A stretch of 64,000 nucleotides of DNA from Opitutales bacterium (GCA_965226885.1 CBDDEL010000014.1:544001-608000), one strand, 5' to 3'. Positions 21,721-33,588 are shown, numbered from the stretch's first letter. Notes: generated by a model not told the origin, from the letters alone. Program-made: numbers and translations.

Positions 21721-23175
21721 ATGATAAGATTGACCGATCAAGAGATTGAAGCCATCGCGGAAAAGATAGCCCGCATTCAGCAGGCGTCCCTGGCGGCTGG
21801 AATTCCCGCCGGTCTCGTTCCATCCGCAGTTTCTCTTCCCAGTCAAAACCTGGGCGTATTTCCCACCGTCGAAGCGGCCGTGGCGGCGGCCAAAATAGCT
21901 CAAATATCGTGGGTGGCCCTCCCGCTCGACCATCGCCGCCGGATCATCGCCGCAATTCGCGAAGTAATGCTGGAAAACGCGGCGCCCCTGGCCAAGGCGG
22001 CCCACGATGAAACCGGTTTGGGACGGTTTGAGGACAAGGTTGTAAAAAATCGCCTGGTGACGGAAAAAACCCCCGGCATTGAGGAGCTTCAACCCATTTC
22101 CTACACTGGCGATCACGGTCTTACCTTGCAGGAATCGGCGCCCTTCGGCGTCATCGGGGCCATCACCCCGACGACCAACCCCACTTCCACCATCATTTGT
22201 AATTCCATCGGCATGATCGCGGCCGGCAACAGCGTCGCTTTCAACGTCCATCCCAACGCCAAAAGCTGTTCCGCCCAGACCATTGTTTTGCTCAATAAAA
22301 CGATCCTGAACGAAGGCGGGCCGGAAAATCTGGTCACCACGGTGGCCACGCCGACCATCCAGAGCGCCCAGGCCCTCATGGCCCATAAGGATGTCCGGCT
22401 GGTGGTGGTCACAGGCGGTCCTGGGGTGGTCAAAGCGGCCCAACAGAGCGGCAAGCGAGCCATTTGCGCCGGGCCGGGCAATCCCCCCGTGGTGGTCGAT
22501 GAGACCGCAGATATGGCCAATGCCGCCAAATGTATCGTTCTGGGCGCCTCGACCGACAATAACATCATTTGCACGAATGAGAAAGAGGTCGTCGTAGTTT
22601 CCAGTGTGGCCGACCAGTTGATGGCGGCCTTCGAGGACCGCCAGGATGCCTATATCATTTCTTCCGAACAAATGGCTCAACTCGAAAATGTCATTTTTAC
22701 GGAAATGCACGGACCAAGACAAAAGGCCAGGGTAAATCCTGCCTGCATCGGCAAAAACGCCAATGTCATCCTGCGGCAGATCGGTCTCGATTTACCGGAT
22801 ACGATTCGCCTGGGCATCGTAGAAGTCAATGAAGGCCATCCACTACTTTGGACCGAGCAAATGATGCCGATCATGCCGGTAACCCGGGTGCCCAATGCCG
22901 ATTACGCCATCGACCTGGCCGTCAAAATGGAAAGCGGCTGCCGCCATACCGCCGTCATGCATTCGAAGAACATCGACAACCTGAGCCGCATGGCGCGTGA
23001 GTGCAATTGCAGTATTTTCGTTAAAAACGGCCGCTCCCAGGCAGGCCTCGGTCTGGATGGCGAAGGCTATTGTTCCTTTACCATCGCCAGTCCCACGGGG
23101 GAAGGACTAACCGGACCGCGTTCCTTTTCGCGCTGGCGTAGGTGTACTTTGGTGGACGCTTTCAGGATCATCTGA
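21721..23175 (+). CDS. CoA-acylating aldehyde dehydrogenase (EutE/PduP family) with N-terminal encapsulation peptide
   Basis: PFGVIGAITPTTNP, TGGPGVV, GPGNPPVVVDETAD, DNNIICTNEKE, EQMMP, TIASPTGEG. Confidence 0.95.
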   Translation: MIRLTDQEIEAIAEKIARIQQASLAAGIPAGLVPSAVSLPSQNLGVFPTVEAAVAAAKIAQISWVALPLDHRRRIIAAIREVMLENAAPLAKAAHDETGLGRFEDKVVKNRLVTEKTPGIEELQPISYTGDHGLTLQESAPFGVIGAITPTTNPTSTIICNSIGMIAAGNSVAFNVHPNAKSCSAQTIVLLNKTILNEGGPENLVTTVATPTIQSAQALMAHKDVRLVVVTGGPGVVKAAQQSGKRAICAGPGNPPVVVDETADMANAAKCIVLGASTDNNIICTNEKEVVVVSSVADQLMAAFEDRQDAYIISSEQMAQLENVIFTEMHGPRQKARVNPACIGKNANVILRQIGLDLPDTIRLGIVEVNEGHPLLWTEQMMPIMPVTRVPNADYAIDLAVKMESGCRHTAVMHSKNIDNLSRMARECNCSIFVKNGRSQAGLGLDGEGYCSFTIASPTGEGLTGPRSFSRWRRCTLVDAFRII

Positions 23176-23179
23176 TTTG

Positions 23180-23827
23180 ATGAAAAAGCATCCTGCCATT
23201 GCCACCGTTGAATTTCAGAATATCGCCGTGGGCCTTCATACCACGGACGCCATGCTGAAAAGAGCGCCCATCGACCTCATTAAGTCGGGCACCATCAGCC
23301 GCGGACGCTTTCTCACCCTGATTGCCGGTACGACGGCCTCCGTGGATGAATCCTACCACACGGGGCTCATCCTGGGCGGCGACAGCGTGGTGGACAGCGT
23401 GCTCCTGGTGGACGTGCATTGCGATGTGCATGACGCCGTATTCGGTCAACGCACGCCCTGCCTGCCCCTGGCCACAGCCATAATGGAAACCGATACCGTT
23501 TCCAGCAACATCAGGGCGGCCGAAATGGCCCTCAAGGGCACCGACGTCAGCCTGGTCGAGATTCGTTTGGCCGACAGCCTTTTATCGGGCAAAGGACTCA
23601 GCATCTACCAGGGCGAACTCCATGAAATCGAATCGGCCATGGAGATCGCGGGAAACTTCCTGAACTCCCGAAAGATTGAGTTTACGGAGAAAATCATCGC
23701 CTCGCCCCACGAGGGTCTGGTCGAGCAAATCAATTTCACGACCTCTTTCAACAAAGCGAAATACCTCGAACTGGAAGGCGAAGGGAATTACCTGCCTGGA
23801 TTTGAAGCTCTGTCTGGCAGGTTTTAA
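23180..23827 (+). CDS. BMC-T tandem-domain shell protein (single-layer type)
   Basis: Two BMC domains: E..NIAVG..TDAMLKRA and ET..V.S.IRAAEMALK...GKG. Confidence 0.85.
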   Translation: MKKHPAIATVEFQNIAVGLHTTDAMLKRAPIDLIKSGTISRGRFLTLIAGTTASVDESYHTGLILGGDSVVDSVLLVDVHCDVHDAVFGQRTPCLPLATAIMETDTVSSNIRAAEMALKGTDVSLVEIRLADSLLSGKGLSIYQGELHEIESAMEIAGNFLNSRKIEFTEKIIASPHEGLVEQINFTTSFNKAKYLELEGEGNYLPGFEALSGRF

Positions 23828-23845
23828 GATTATTCAAATGTCATA

Positions 23846-24133
23846 ATGAAATTGGGTCGCGTCATTGGAACGGTGGTTTGCTCGGTGCTTTACGAGGGGT
23901 TGGAAGGCGTTCCCATGCTGTGGGTGCAGCCCTTGGACAAAAACCTCGAACCGAAGGGAAATTCTCTGGTGGCGGCGGACCAGACGAGGGCCGCCGGTCC
24001 CGGAGAATTGGTGAATTTTGAGGGCGGGCGCGAGGCGGCTATGGCCCTCGATATCACCTTCGTGCCGGTCGATCACACCATTATCGGGATTATCGACGGT
24101 GTGAATACGATTAGCGGAGAGCAGGGCGCATGA
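23846..24133 (+). CDS. BMC-P pentamer (EutN/CcmL)
   Basis: GRVIGTVV, AGPGELV, GREAA, PVDHTIIGIID. Confidence 0.92.
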   Translation: MKLGRVIGTVVCSVLYEGLEGVPMLWVQPLDKNLEPKGNSLVAADQTRAAGPGELVNFEGGREAAMALDITFVPVDHTIIGIIDGVNTISGEQGA

Positions 24134-24411
24134 TCATCGGCAATGTTATCGGAGATGTGTTTTCCACCATCAACCATCCGTTTTACGACGGCAAAAAATT
24201 ACTCATGGTGGAAACGACCGATTTTTCGGGCAAACCGGATGGAGATTACGTCATAGCCATCGATTACGCCCAGGCCGGGGTGGGGGACCAAGTGCTCGTC
24301 CTGGACGAAGGCAATGGTGCCCGCCAGGTGGTTGACGATTCCACCGCTCCGCTTCGCTCCATCATCGTCGGCGTGGTGGACCATGTTGAAATTGGGACGA
24401 ACTCACTTTAG
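24130..24411 (+). CDS. BMC-P pentamer (EutN/CcmL)
   Basis: [38 protein letters not shown]-coupled to the previous gene. Confidence 0.92.
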   Translation: MIIGNVIGDVFSTINHPFYDGKKLLMVETTDFSGKPDGDYVIAIDYAQAGVGDQVLVLDEGNGARQVVDDSTAPLRSIIVGVVDHVEIGTNSL

Positions 24412-24927
24412 GGCGAATTGAAATGCCTGCTGGCTGCCTTCCAGTCTAAGGAGCGCTTCTTTGATGGGTAAACCGCCTCCGAAACCGGTCAGTGTGCCAT
24501 CGCTGCCGATCACCCGGTGACAGGGCACTATAATGGCGATGGGATTTTTTCCGTTGGCCCCACCCACTGCGCGGACCGCTCTGGGGTTCCCGATTTGATC
24601 CGCCAACTGACCGTATGAAATCGTCTCACCGTAGGGAATGGAGCGCAGGGCTTTCCACACGCCCATTTGAAAATCCGTTCCCCGTGGGGCCAACGGCAGA
24701 TCGAATTGCTTTAAATCACCAGCAAAATAAGCTTTCAGTTGTTTCACCACCTGAGCAAACCTCGCATCATCCTGAACCCAGTCCCTCTTAGGTTTAAAAG
24801 GATGGGGGCCCTCCTGAAAATCGAGCCCAGTCAGACTCTCGCCGTTTCCCGTCAAGAGGAGTTTGCCTACGGGACTTTTTACAATTGTATAAAAAAAAGA
24901 GTGTTTTTCCAGTTTCATTGCCTCCAT
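24403..24927 (-). CDS. ogt: Methylated-DNA--protein-cysteine methyltransferase
   Basis: [31 protein letters not shown]. Confidence 0.95.
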   Translation of the reverse strand: MEAMKLEKHSFFYTIVKSPVGKLLLTGNGESLTGLDFQEGPHPFKPKRDWVQDDARFAQVVKQLKAYFAGDLKQFDLPLAPRGTDFQMGVWKALRSIPYGETISYGQLADQIGNPRAVRAVGGANGKNPIAIIVPCHRVIGSDGTLTGFGGGLPIKEALLRLEGSQQAFQFALK

Positions 24928-25190
24928 TATATAATGATTTTTGCTTAAAAGCTGGCCATTATCGGACTTTGTTATCGAAAAATAAGCATCGATAATTCGC
25001 CCTTATAATTGTGATTTTAAAGTGCAAGAAGCCTTACATCGCCAATAAAACTCTCTAATGTTTGGAGATGAGGTCGGACACTAGAAGGGAAGGCGTTTGT
25101 TAATCGTCGAGGGACGACAAGTTTTACTCGCGTTTCGAGTCATCGAAGAGAAATTGATTTACAGAAACACCCTCCTGAATTGTCAACTAG

Positions 25191-26757
25191 CCCGGATATT
25201 TCGTAAAAAAAGTATCGTTTATATGCTTAACTGCTGATATACAGCAGGATAGATCAATAATTAAAGCAATATCAGCGATGACAAAAGGTAAACAATTAAA
25301 GCTACAGTTGACAAGGGTAAAAGGCCGCCGTGTGCGGGTTGATTTCAAGGGCGGAGAGGTTACTTCGGATGCCGGACTGCTTTTGATCCGGGAAGTGGAT
25401 CGGCAGTTGGGCTTGACCGAACGAGCGGCCCGACAGTTAGTGGACAAACGGCAGAAGGGCAAAGTACGCCATGAGGTATTGGGGATGCTGCGGCAGCGCG
25501 TTTACGGGCTGGTGGCGGGCTATGAGGATTTGAACGACTTTGATACCCTGCGCCACGATCCATTGTTGCAAACGGTAACGGGGCGCATTGAAACGTTGGC
25601 CAGCGCGCCGACTTTGTGTCGTTTTGAAAACGGGCAGGATCGGCGGGCGGCCTTTGCGGTAAACGAGCTGTTGGTCGAACAGTTCATGGGCTCCTTTGCC
25701 GAGGAACCCGAAGAGATCATCCTGGACTTTGACGCCACCGACAATCCGGTGCACGGGCTCCAGGAGGGACGTTTTTTCCACGGTTATTATGATCATTACT
25801 GTTTTCTGCCGCTATATGTTTTTTGCGGTGATCAGCTGCTGGTGGCCTACCTGCGGCCGAGCAAGATCGATGCCAGCAAGCATGCTGGGGCCATCCTCAA
25901 ATTGCTGGTTAAACGGATTCGCCAAAGCTGGCCCCGTACGCGGATTATTTGGCGCGCCGACAGTGGATTTTGTCGAGACCGGATACTCTCTTGGTGCGAC
26001 CGCAACGAAGTTAGTTACATCGTGGGGATGGCTCGCAATGCACGCTTGCAGCAAGACGCCCAGCAGTTGCAAAAGCAGGCCAAAGAATGGTTCGAACTAA
26101 GGGGTAAAAAACAACGGTTATTCCAGGACTTCGTCTATGCTGCCGATTCGTGGCGATGGCTGCGGTTGGTCATCCATAAAGCCGCACACACCGCACAGGG
26201 GTCCAACCCGCGCTTCGTGGTGACGAACCTGCCGGGCGATCCCCAGGAGCTTTACGACAAGGTATACTGTGGCCGCGGTGAAATGGAGAACCGAATCAAG
26301 GAACAGATGCAATTGTTCAGCGAGCGCACCAGCGCCCATCAATGGTGGGCCAATCAGTGGCGATTGCTCTTGTCGGCGCTGGCCTACACCTTGATGGAAG
26401 CCATGCGCCGGTTAGCCTTAAAAGGGACGAAGTGGGCGCGGGCCCAATGCCACACCCTGCGGCTCAAATTAATCAAGATCGGAGCGGTCATCGTGCGCAA
26501 CACCCGAACGATTCACTTTCACCTAAGTGAGAGTTATCCTTGGGCCAGTCTTTTCAACCATGCGGCCCGCCGATTGGTGCCAACCTAAAGGGTGCATTGG
26601 TGCTGCCCCCGGCACTACCGAACCAATGGGGGAAAGGGGGCAGTGTCTCTACACCCTGAAAAACACCTAAAAATCAAGACGATCTGCTCAAAATACAAAG
26701 AAATCCATCTCCAATAGCAATAACGAGCCAAACTTTACCCTTCATGAAATATCCGGG
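25191..26757 (+). mobile_element. IS1380-family element copy 2, intact; transposase 25278-26588
   Basis: IRs CCCGGATATTTC; 4-bp target duplication CTAG; motifs LDFDAT, RADSGF, YCGRGEMENRIKE. Confidence 0.97.
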
Positions 26758-26785
26758 CTAGTTCTTTTCTTGAAACCGTTTAGCT

Positions 26786-27432
26786 TCATTTAAGGGCGGA
26801 TTTACCGGTTGAATGAGGGGGCAAGGGATCCCCGGTTGTCCGTGCCAGCAGGAGCATACCATGTGTAATCTCACTAGTGGCGCTATCGGAAACAAAGGGC
26901 AGCGGTTGAGTTGAAATGCCAATACTGATGGGATTTGTCCCAACAATGGGTTCGTGGCCGGAGGGTGCGGCCACTCTGGGAGGTGAATTAGCCGCGACAA
27001 CAGTTGCCACCCCCTTCCGCAGGCCATACGAACCCAATCACCAATCGTTCTGCTCGGGTAGAGAGCGGAGCTTGTAGCGAAGCAGATGTCTTGCTTCTGA
27101 ACCGCACGACAGCCCGCTTCCATTAATCTATGGAGAACCGGGTAACCTAGATGTTAGGCTCCGTCCACATGGAGGCGCCCGGAACCAATACGCCGGGGAG
27201 CGGGCGCTGAGGCATTGCCATAAGGCCCAAATTTACCTGAGGAAACAAGATAATGAATGCGGATCAAGCCGTGGTCCGATTTGCCCGCCCGCTCAGAACG
27301 TATCAGATGATCCACCGTTATGGCGGCGTCTTCCCGGGGCAATTTAAGTTTTGTCTCAAGCATTCCAATCAATGGTTCCCTGAGCGAAGCCACCTTCACC
27401 CTGGTCCTGGGAAATTCCCCGTTTTTCATCAT
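26786..27432 (-). pseudogene. Ldh_2 family (malate/L-lactate/ureidoglycolate dehydrogenase) pseudogene
   Basis: G..DHGL.R, VDGA then in-frame stop at 27154, frameshift near 27010, VGTNPISIG, D.ATS; C-terminus missing. Confidence 0.75.
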
Positions 27433-27499
27433 TTCCAACAAAGGGGCAAGCCGTTGAGGCTTGTGCTTTGGAGGCTTAAATTATAGCTTAACACCGACC

Positions 27500-28262
27500 A
27501 TGCGAACTGTGAATTGGGATAAATTGAAACCGCCCACCGCCCTTCTGTTTTTTATTTTGACTTCAGTAGTGGCGATTTTGCTGGGTTTCTTCCTGCTCTC
27601 CAGGGAAACCATGGCCTCCTGGTTTCAGGCTGCGGGCTATTATTTTATTTTCGCAACTTTTATTATATGGGCAGCCAGCCTGTGGCCGGAAAAACTGACT
27701 TTTGAGCGGTCCCAAGAGTTCATCCGCGGGCATTGGCCCGCCTTGGCGGTGGCCTTTATTCTGACCGCGGCGGGGATTTTAAACAGCCCGCCGAAATTCC
27801 GCATCCTGGCGGACGAAACGAACCTCATGGGCGTGGCCCTGTCGATGTACAGGGAGCGTTCCGTCGGCAACACCACAGAGGGGTATTATTATTTTGAGAG
27901 CTTTGAGCCGAAAACTACCGTTCAGGGCAAACGTCCGCTCCTTTTCCCCTTTCTCGTATCGGTTCTCCACACAGTTAAAGGTTACAGCGCCTCCAACGGG
28001 TTCGTGCTCAACGCCCTGGCCGGGTTCCTGACCCTATTTTTATTTTACTTTCTGCTCCAGCGGATTTTTTCCAGTGGTTTAGCCCTGCTTGGAATGCTCC
28101 TTCTGGCCTCATTTCCAGTTTATGTTATCGGGGTCTCCTCTAGCGGGTTCGAGATCGTCAATTTACTCTTTGCTTTGATTGCATTCCTCCTGCTGGATGT
28201 CTATTTGGAAAAGCGGGAGCCTCGCCACGCGGAGTTGCTGGGGCTAACCCTCGTGCTCCTAT
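27500..28262 (+). pseudogene. Polytopic membrane protein, GT-C (ArnT/PMT-like), truncated by IS1380
   Basis: Multiple hydrophobic segments, ADE motif in a loop, RPLLFPFL; cut at the IS end 28263. Confidence 0.6.
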
Positions 28263-29835
28263 CCCGGATATTTCGTAAAAAAAGTATCGTTGATATGCTT
28301 AACTGCTGATATACAGCAGGATAGATCAATAATTAAAGCAATATCAGCGATGACAAAAGGTAAACAATTAAAGCTACAGTTGACAAGGGTAAAAGGCCGC
28401 CGTGTGCGGGTTGATTTCAAGGGCGGAGAGGTTACTTCGGATGCCGGACTGCTTTTGATCCGGGAAGTGGATCGGCAGTTGGGCTTGACCGAACGAGCGG
28501 CCCGACAGTTAGTGGACAAACGGCAGAAGGGCAAAGTACGCCATGAGGTCTTGGGGATGCTGCGGCAGCGCGTTTACGGGCTGGTGGCGGGCTATGAGGA
28601 TTTGAACGACTTTGATACCCTGCGCCACGATCCATTGTTGCAAACGGTAACGGGGCGCATTGAAACGTTGGCCAGCGCGCCGACTTTGTGTCGTTTTGAA
28701 AACGGGCAGGATCGGCGGGCGGCCTTTGCGGTAAACGAGCTGTTGGTCGAACAGTTCATGGGCTCCTTTGCCGAGGAACCCGAAGAGATCATCCTGGACT
28801 TTGACGCCACCGACAATCCGGTGCACGGGCTCCAGGAGGGACGTTTTTTCCACGGTTATTATGATCATTACTGTTTTCTGCCGCTATATGTTTTTTGCGG
28901 TGATCAGCTGCTGGTGGCCTACCTGCGGCCGAGCAAGATCGATGCCAGCAAGCATGCCGGGGCCATCCTCAAATTGCTGGTTAAACGGATTCGCCAAAGC
29001 TGGCCCCGTACGCGGATTATTTGGCGCGCCGACAGTGGATTTTGTCGAGACCGGATACTCTCTTGGTGCGACCGCAACGAAGTTAGTTACATCGTGGGGA
29101 TGGCTCGCAATGCACGCTTGCAGCAAGACGCCCAGCAGTTGCAAAAGCAGGCCAAAGAATGGTTCGAACTAAGGGGTAAAAAACAACGGTTATTCCAGGA
29201 CTTCGTCTATGCTGCCGATTCGTGGCGATGGCTGCGGTTGGTCATCCATAAAGCCGAACACACCGCACAGGGGTCCAACCCGCGCTTCGTGGTGACGAAC
29301 CTGCCGGGCGATCCCCAGGAGCTTTACGACAAGGTATACTGTGGCCGCGGTGAAATGGAGAACCGAATCAAGGAACAGATGCAATTGTTCAGCGAGCGCA
29401 CCAGCGCCCATCAATGGTGGGCCAATCAGTGGCGATTGCTCTTGTCGGCGCTGGCCTACACCTTGATGGAAGCCATGCGCCGGTTAGCCTTAAAAGGGAC
29501 GAAGTGGGCGCGGGCCCAATGCCACACCCTGCGGCTCAAATTAATCAAGATCGGAGCGGTCATCGTGCGCAACACCCGAACGATTCACTTTCACCTAAGT
29601 GAGAGTTATCCTTGGGCCAGTCTTTTCAACCATGCGGCCCGCCGATTGGTGCCAACCTAAAGGGTGCATTGGTGCTGCCCCCGGCACTACCGAACCAATG
29701 GGGGAAAGGGGGCAGTGTCTCTACACCCTGAAAAACACCTAAAAATCAAGACGATCTGCTCAAAATACAAAGAAATCCATCTCCAATAGCAATAGCAATA
29801 ACGAGCCAAACTTTACCCTTCATGAAATATCCGGG
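28263..29835 (+). mobile_element. IS1380 copy 3, full length; transposase 28350-29660
   Basis: Both IRs present; flanks CTAT / TTAG; 6-bp duplication near 29784. Confidence 0.95.
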
Positions 29836-31069
29836 TTAGTGGACAAACGGCAGAAGGGCAAAGTACGCCATGAGGTATTGGGGATGCTGCGGCAGCGCGT
29901 TTACGGGCTGGTGGCGGGCTATGAGGATTTGAACGACTTTGATACCCTGCGCCACGATCCATTGTTGCAAACGGTAACGGGGCGCATTGAAACGTTGGCC
30001 AGCGCGCCGACTTTGTGTCGTTTTGAAAACGGGCAGGATCGGCGGGCGGCCTTTGCGGTAAACGAGCTGTTGGTCGAACAGTTCATGGGCTCTTTTGCCG
30101 AGGAACCCGAAGAGATCATCCTGGACTTTGACGCCACCGACAATCCGGTGCACGGGCTCCAGGAGGGACGTTTTTTCCACGGTTATTATGATCATTACTG
30201 TTTTCTGCCGCTATATGTTTTTTGCGGTGATCAGCTGCTGGTGGCCTACCTGCGGCCGAGCAAGATCGATGCCAGCAAGCATGCCGGGGCCATCCTCAGA
30301 TTGCTGGTTAAACGGATTCGCCAAAGCTGGCCCCGTACGCGGATTATTTGGCGCGCCGACAGTGGATTTTGTCGAGACCGGATACTCTCTTGGTGCGACC
30401 GCAACGAAGTTAGTTACATCGTGGGGATGGCTCGCAATGCACGCTTGCAGCAAGACGCCCAGCAGTTGCAAAAGCAGGCCAAAGAATGGTTCGAACTAAG
30501 GGGTAAAAAACAACGGTTATTCCAGGACTTCGTCTATGCTGCCGATTCGTGGCGATGGCTGCGGTTGGTCATCCATAAAGCCGAACACACCGCACAGGGG
30601 TCCAACCCGCGCTTCGTGGTGACGAACCTGCCGGGCGATCCCCAGGAGCTTTACGACAAGGTATACTGTGGCCGCGGTGAAATGGAGAACCGAATCAAGG
30701 AACAGATGCAATTGTTCAGCGAGCGCACCAGCGCCCATCAATGGTGGGCCAATCAGTGCCGATTGCTCTTGTCGGCGCTGGCCTACACCTTGATGGAAGC
30801 CATGCGCCGGTTAGCCTTAAAAGGGACGAAGTGGGCGCGGGCCCAATGCCACACCCTGCGGCTCAAATTAATCAAGATCGGAGCGGTCATCGTGCGCAAC
30901 ACCCGAACGATTCACTTTCACCTAAGTGAGAGTTATCCTTGGGCCAGTCTTTTCAACCATGCGGCCCGCCGATTGGTGCCAACCTAAAGGGTGCATTGGT
31001 GCTGCCCCCGGCACTACCGAACCAATGGGGGAAAGGGGGCAGTGTCTCTACACCCTGAAAAACACCTAA
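29836..31069 (+). mobile_element. IS1380 copy 4, truncated at both ends
   Basis: Starts at the internal TTAG and ends at the internal CTAA, each abutting another copy's IR. Confidence 0.92.
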
Positions 31070-31903
31070 CCCGGATATTTCGTAAAAAAAGTATCGTTGA
31101 TATGCTTAACTGCTGATATACAGCAGGATAGATCAATAATTAAAGCAATATCAGCGATGACAAAAGGTAAACAATTAAAGCTACAGTTGACAAGGGTAAA
31201 AGGCCGCCGTGTGCGGGTTGATTTCGGTTGATTTCAAGGGCGGAGAGGTTACTTCGGATGCCGGACTGCTTTTGATCCGGGAAGTGGATCGGCAGTTGGG
31301 CTTGACCAAACGAGCGGCCCGACAGTTAGTGGACAAACGGCAGAAGGGCAAAGTACGCCATGAGGTATTGGGGATGCTGCGGCAGCGCGTTTACGGGCTG
31401 GTGGCGGGCTATGAGGATTTGAACGACTTTGATACCCTGCGCCACGATCCATTGTTGCAAACGGTAACGGGGCGCATTGAAACGTTGGCCAGCGCGCCGA
31501 CTTTGTGTCGTTTTGAAAACGGGCAGGATCGGCGGGCGGCCTTTGCGGTAAACGAGCTGTTGGTCGAACAGTTCATGGGCTCCTTTGCCGAGGAACCCGA
31601 AGAGATCATCCTGGACTTTGACGCCACCGACAATCCGGTGCACGGGCTCCAGGAGGGACGTTTTTTCCACGGTTATTATGATCATTACTGTTTTCTGCCG
31701 CTATATGTTTTTTGCGGTGATCAGCTGCTGGTGGCCTACCTGCGGCCGAGCAAGATCGATGCCAGCAAGCATGCCGGGGCCATCCTCAAATTGCTGGTTA
31801 AACGGATTCGCCAAAGCTGGCCCCGAACGCGGATTATTTGGCGCGCCGACAGTGGATTTTGTCGAGACCGGATACTCTCTTGGTGCGACCGCAACGAAGT
31901 TAG
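31070..31903 (+). mobile_element. IS1380 copy 5, 3'-truncated and frameshifted
   Basis: IRL at 31070; 10-bp duplication 31216-31235; ends at internal GAAGTTAG. Confidence 0.92.
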
Positions 31904-33508
31904 CCCGGATATTTCATGAAGGGTAAAGTTTGGCTCGTTATTGCTATTGGAGATGGATTTCTTTGTATTTTGAGCAGATCGTCTTGATTTTTAGGTGTTT
32001 TTCAGGGTGTAGAGACACTGCCCCCTTTCCCCCATTGGTTCGGTAGTGCCGGGGGCAGCACCAATGCACCCTTTAGGTTGGCACCAATCGGCGGGCCGCA
32101 TGGTTGAAAAGACTGGCCCAAGGATAACTCTCACTTAGGTGAAAGTGAATCGTTCGGGTGTTGCGCACGATGACCGCTCCGATCTTGATTAATTTGAGCC
32201 GCAGGGTGTGGCATTGGGCCCGCGCCCACTTCGTCCCTTTTAAGGCTAACCGGCGCATGGCTTCCATCAAGGTGTAGGCCAGCGCCGACAAGAGCAATCG
32301 CCACTGATTGGCCCACCATTGATGGGCGCTGGTGCGCTCGCTGAACAATTGCATCAATTGCATCTGTTCCTTGATTCGGTTCTCCATTTCACCGCGGCCA
32401 CAGTATACCTTGTCGTAAAGCTCCTGGGGATCGCCCGGCAGGTTCGTCACCACGAAGCGCGGGTTGGACCCCTGTGCGGTGTGTTCGGCTTTATGGATGA
32501 CCAACCGCAGCCATCGCCACGAATCGGCAGCATAGACGAAGTCCTGGAATAACCGTTGTTTTTTACCCCTTAGTTCGAACCATTCTTTGGCCTGCTTTTG
32601 CAACTGCTGGGCGTCTTGCTGCAAGCGTGCATTGCGAGCCATCCCCACGATGTAACTAACTTCGTTGCGGTCGCACCAAGAGAGTATCCGGTCTCGACAA
32701 AATCCACTGTCGGCGCGCCAAATAATCCGCGTACGGGGCCAGCTTTGGCGAATCCGTTTAACCAGCAATTTGAGGATGGCCCCGGCATGCTTGCTGGCAT
32801 CGATCTTGCTCGGCCGCAGGTAGGCCACCAGCAGCTGATCACCGCAAAAAACATATAGCGGCAGAAAACAGTAATGATCATAATAACCGTGGAAAACAGT
32901 AATGATCATAATAACCGTGGAAAAAACGTCCCTCCTGGAGCCCGTGCACCGGATTGTCGGTGGCGTCAAAGTCCAGGATGATCTCTTCGGGTTCCTCGGC
33001 AAAGGAGCCCATGAACTGTTCGACCAACAGCTCGTTTACCGCAAAGGCCGCCCGCCGATCCTGCCCGTTTTCAAAACGACACAAAGTCGGCGCGCTGGCC
33101 AACGTTTCAATGCGCCCCGTTACCGTTTGCTAACAATGGATCGTGGCGCAGGGTATCAAAGTCGTTCAAATCCTCATAGCCCGCCACCAGCCCGTAAACG
33201 CGCTGCCGCAGCATCCCCAATACCTCATGGCGTACTTTGCCCTTCTGCCGTTTGTCCACTAACTGTCGGGCCGCTCGTTCGGTCAAGCCCAACTGCCGAT
33301 CCACTTCCCGGATCAAAAGCAGTCCGGCATCCGAAGTAACCTCTCCGCCCTTGAAATCAACCCGCACACGGCGGCCTTTTACCCTTGTCAACTGTAGCTT
33401 TAATTGTTTACCTTTTGTCATCGCTGATATTGCTTTAATTATTGATCTATCCTGCTGTATATCAGCAGTTAAGCATATCAACGATACTTTTTTTACGAAA
33501 TATCCGGG
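31904..33508 (-). mobile_element. IS1380 copy 6, full length with frameshifts
   Basis: Both IRs present; +1 insertion near 33131; 28-bp and 9-bp tandem duplications. Confidence 0.93.
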
Positions 33509-33588
33509 TTAGGGTTTGGGAGTTGGTTTTGGGGATTGGCTTGGGGTCGGTGAGGAGGCCGGAGGCCGACGAGCCGGGCCCAAGGCGT

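Noticed and set aside
24403..24927. ogt as part of the BMC system
   Set aside because: Opposite strand and a common standalone repair gene; no evidence of linkage.
14390..26761. Composite transposon carrying the BMC operon between inverted IS1380 copies
   Set aside because: Copy 2 has its own CTAG duplication and the outer flanks differ (TTAG vs CTAG), consistent with independent insertions.
26762..27153. Possible riboswitch or ncRNA in apparently intergenic DNA
   Set aside because: It translates as the frameshifted continuation of the Ldh_2 pseudogene.
31900..33512. TTAG on both sides of IS1380 copy 6 as a true target duplication
   Set aside because: The flanks belong to different elements (IS1380 vs IS21); the match reflects target preference.
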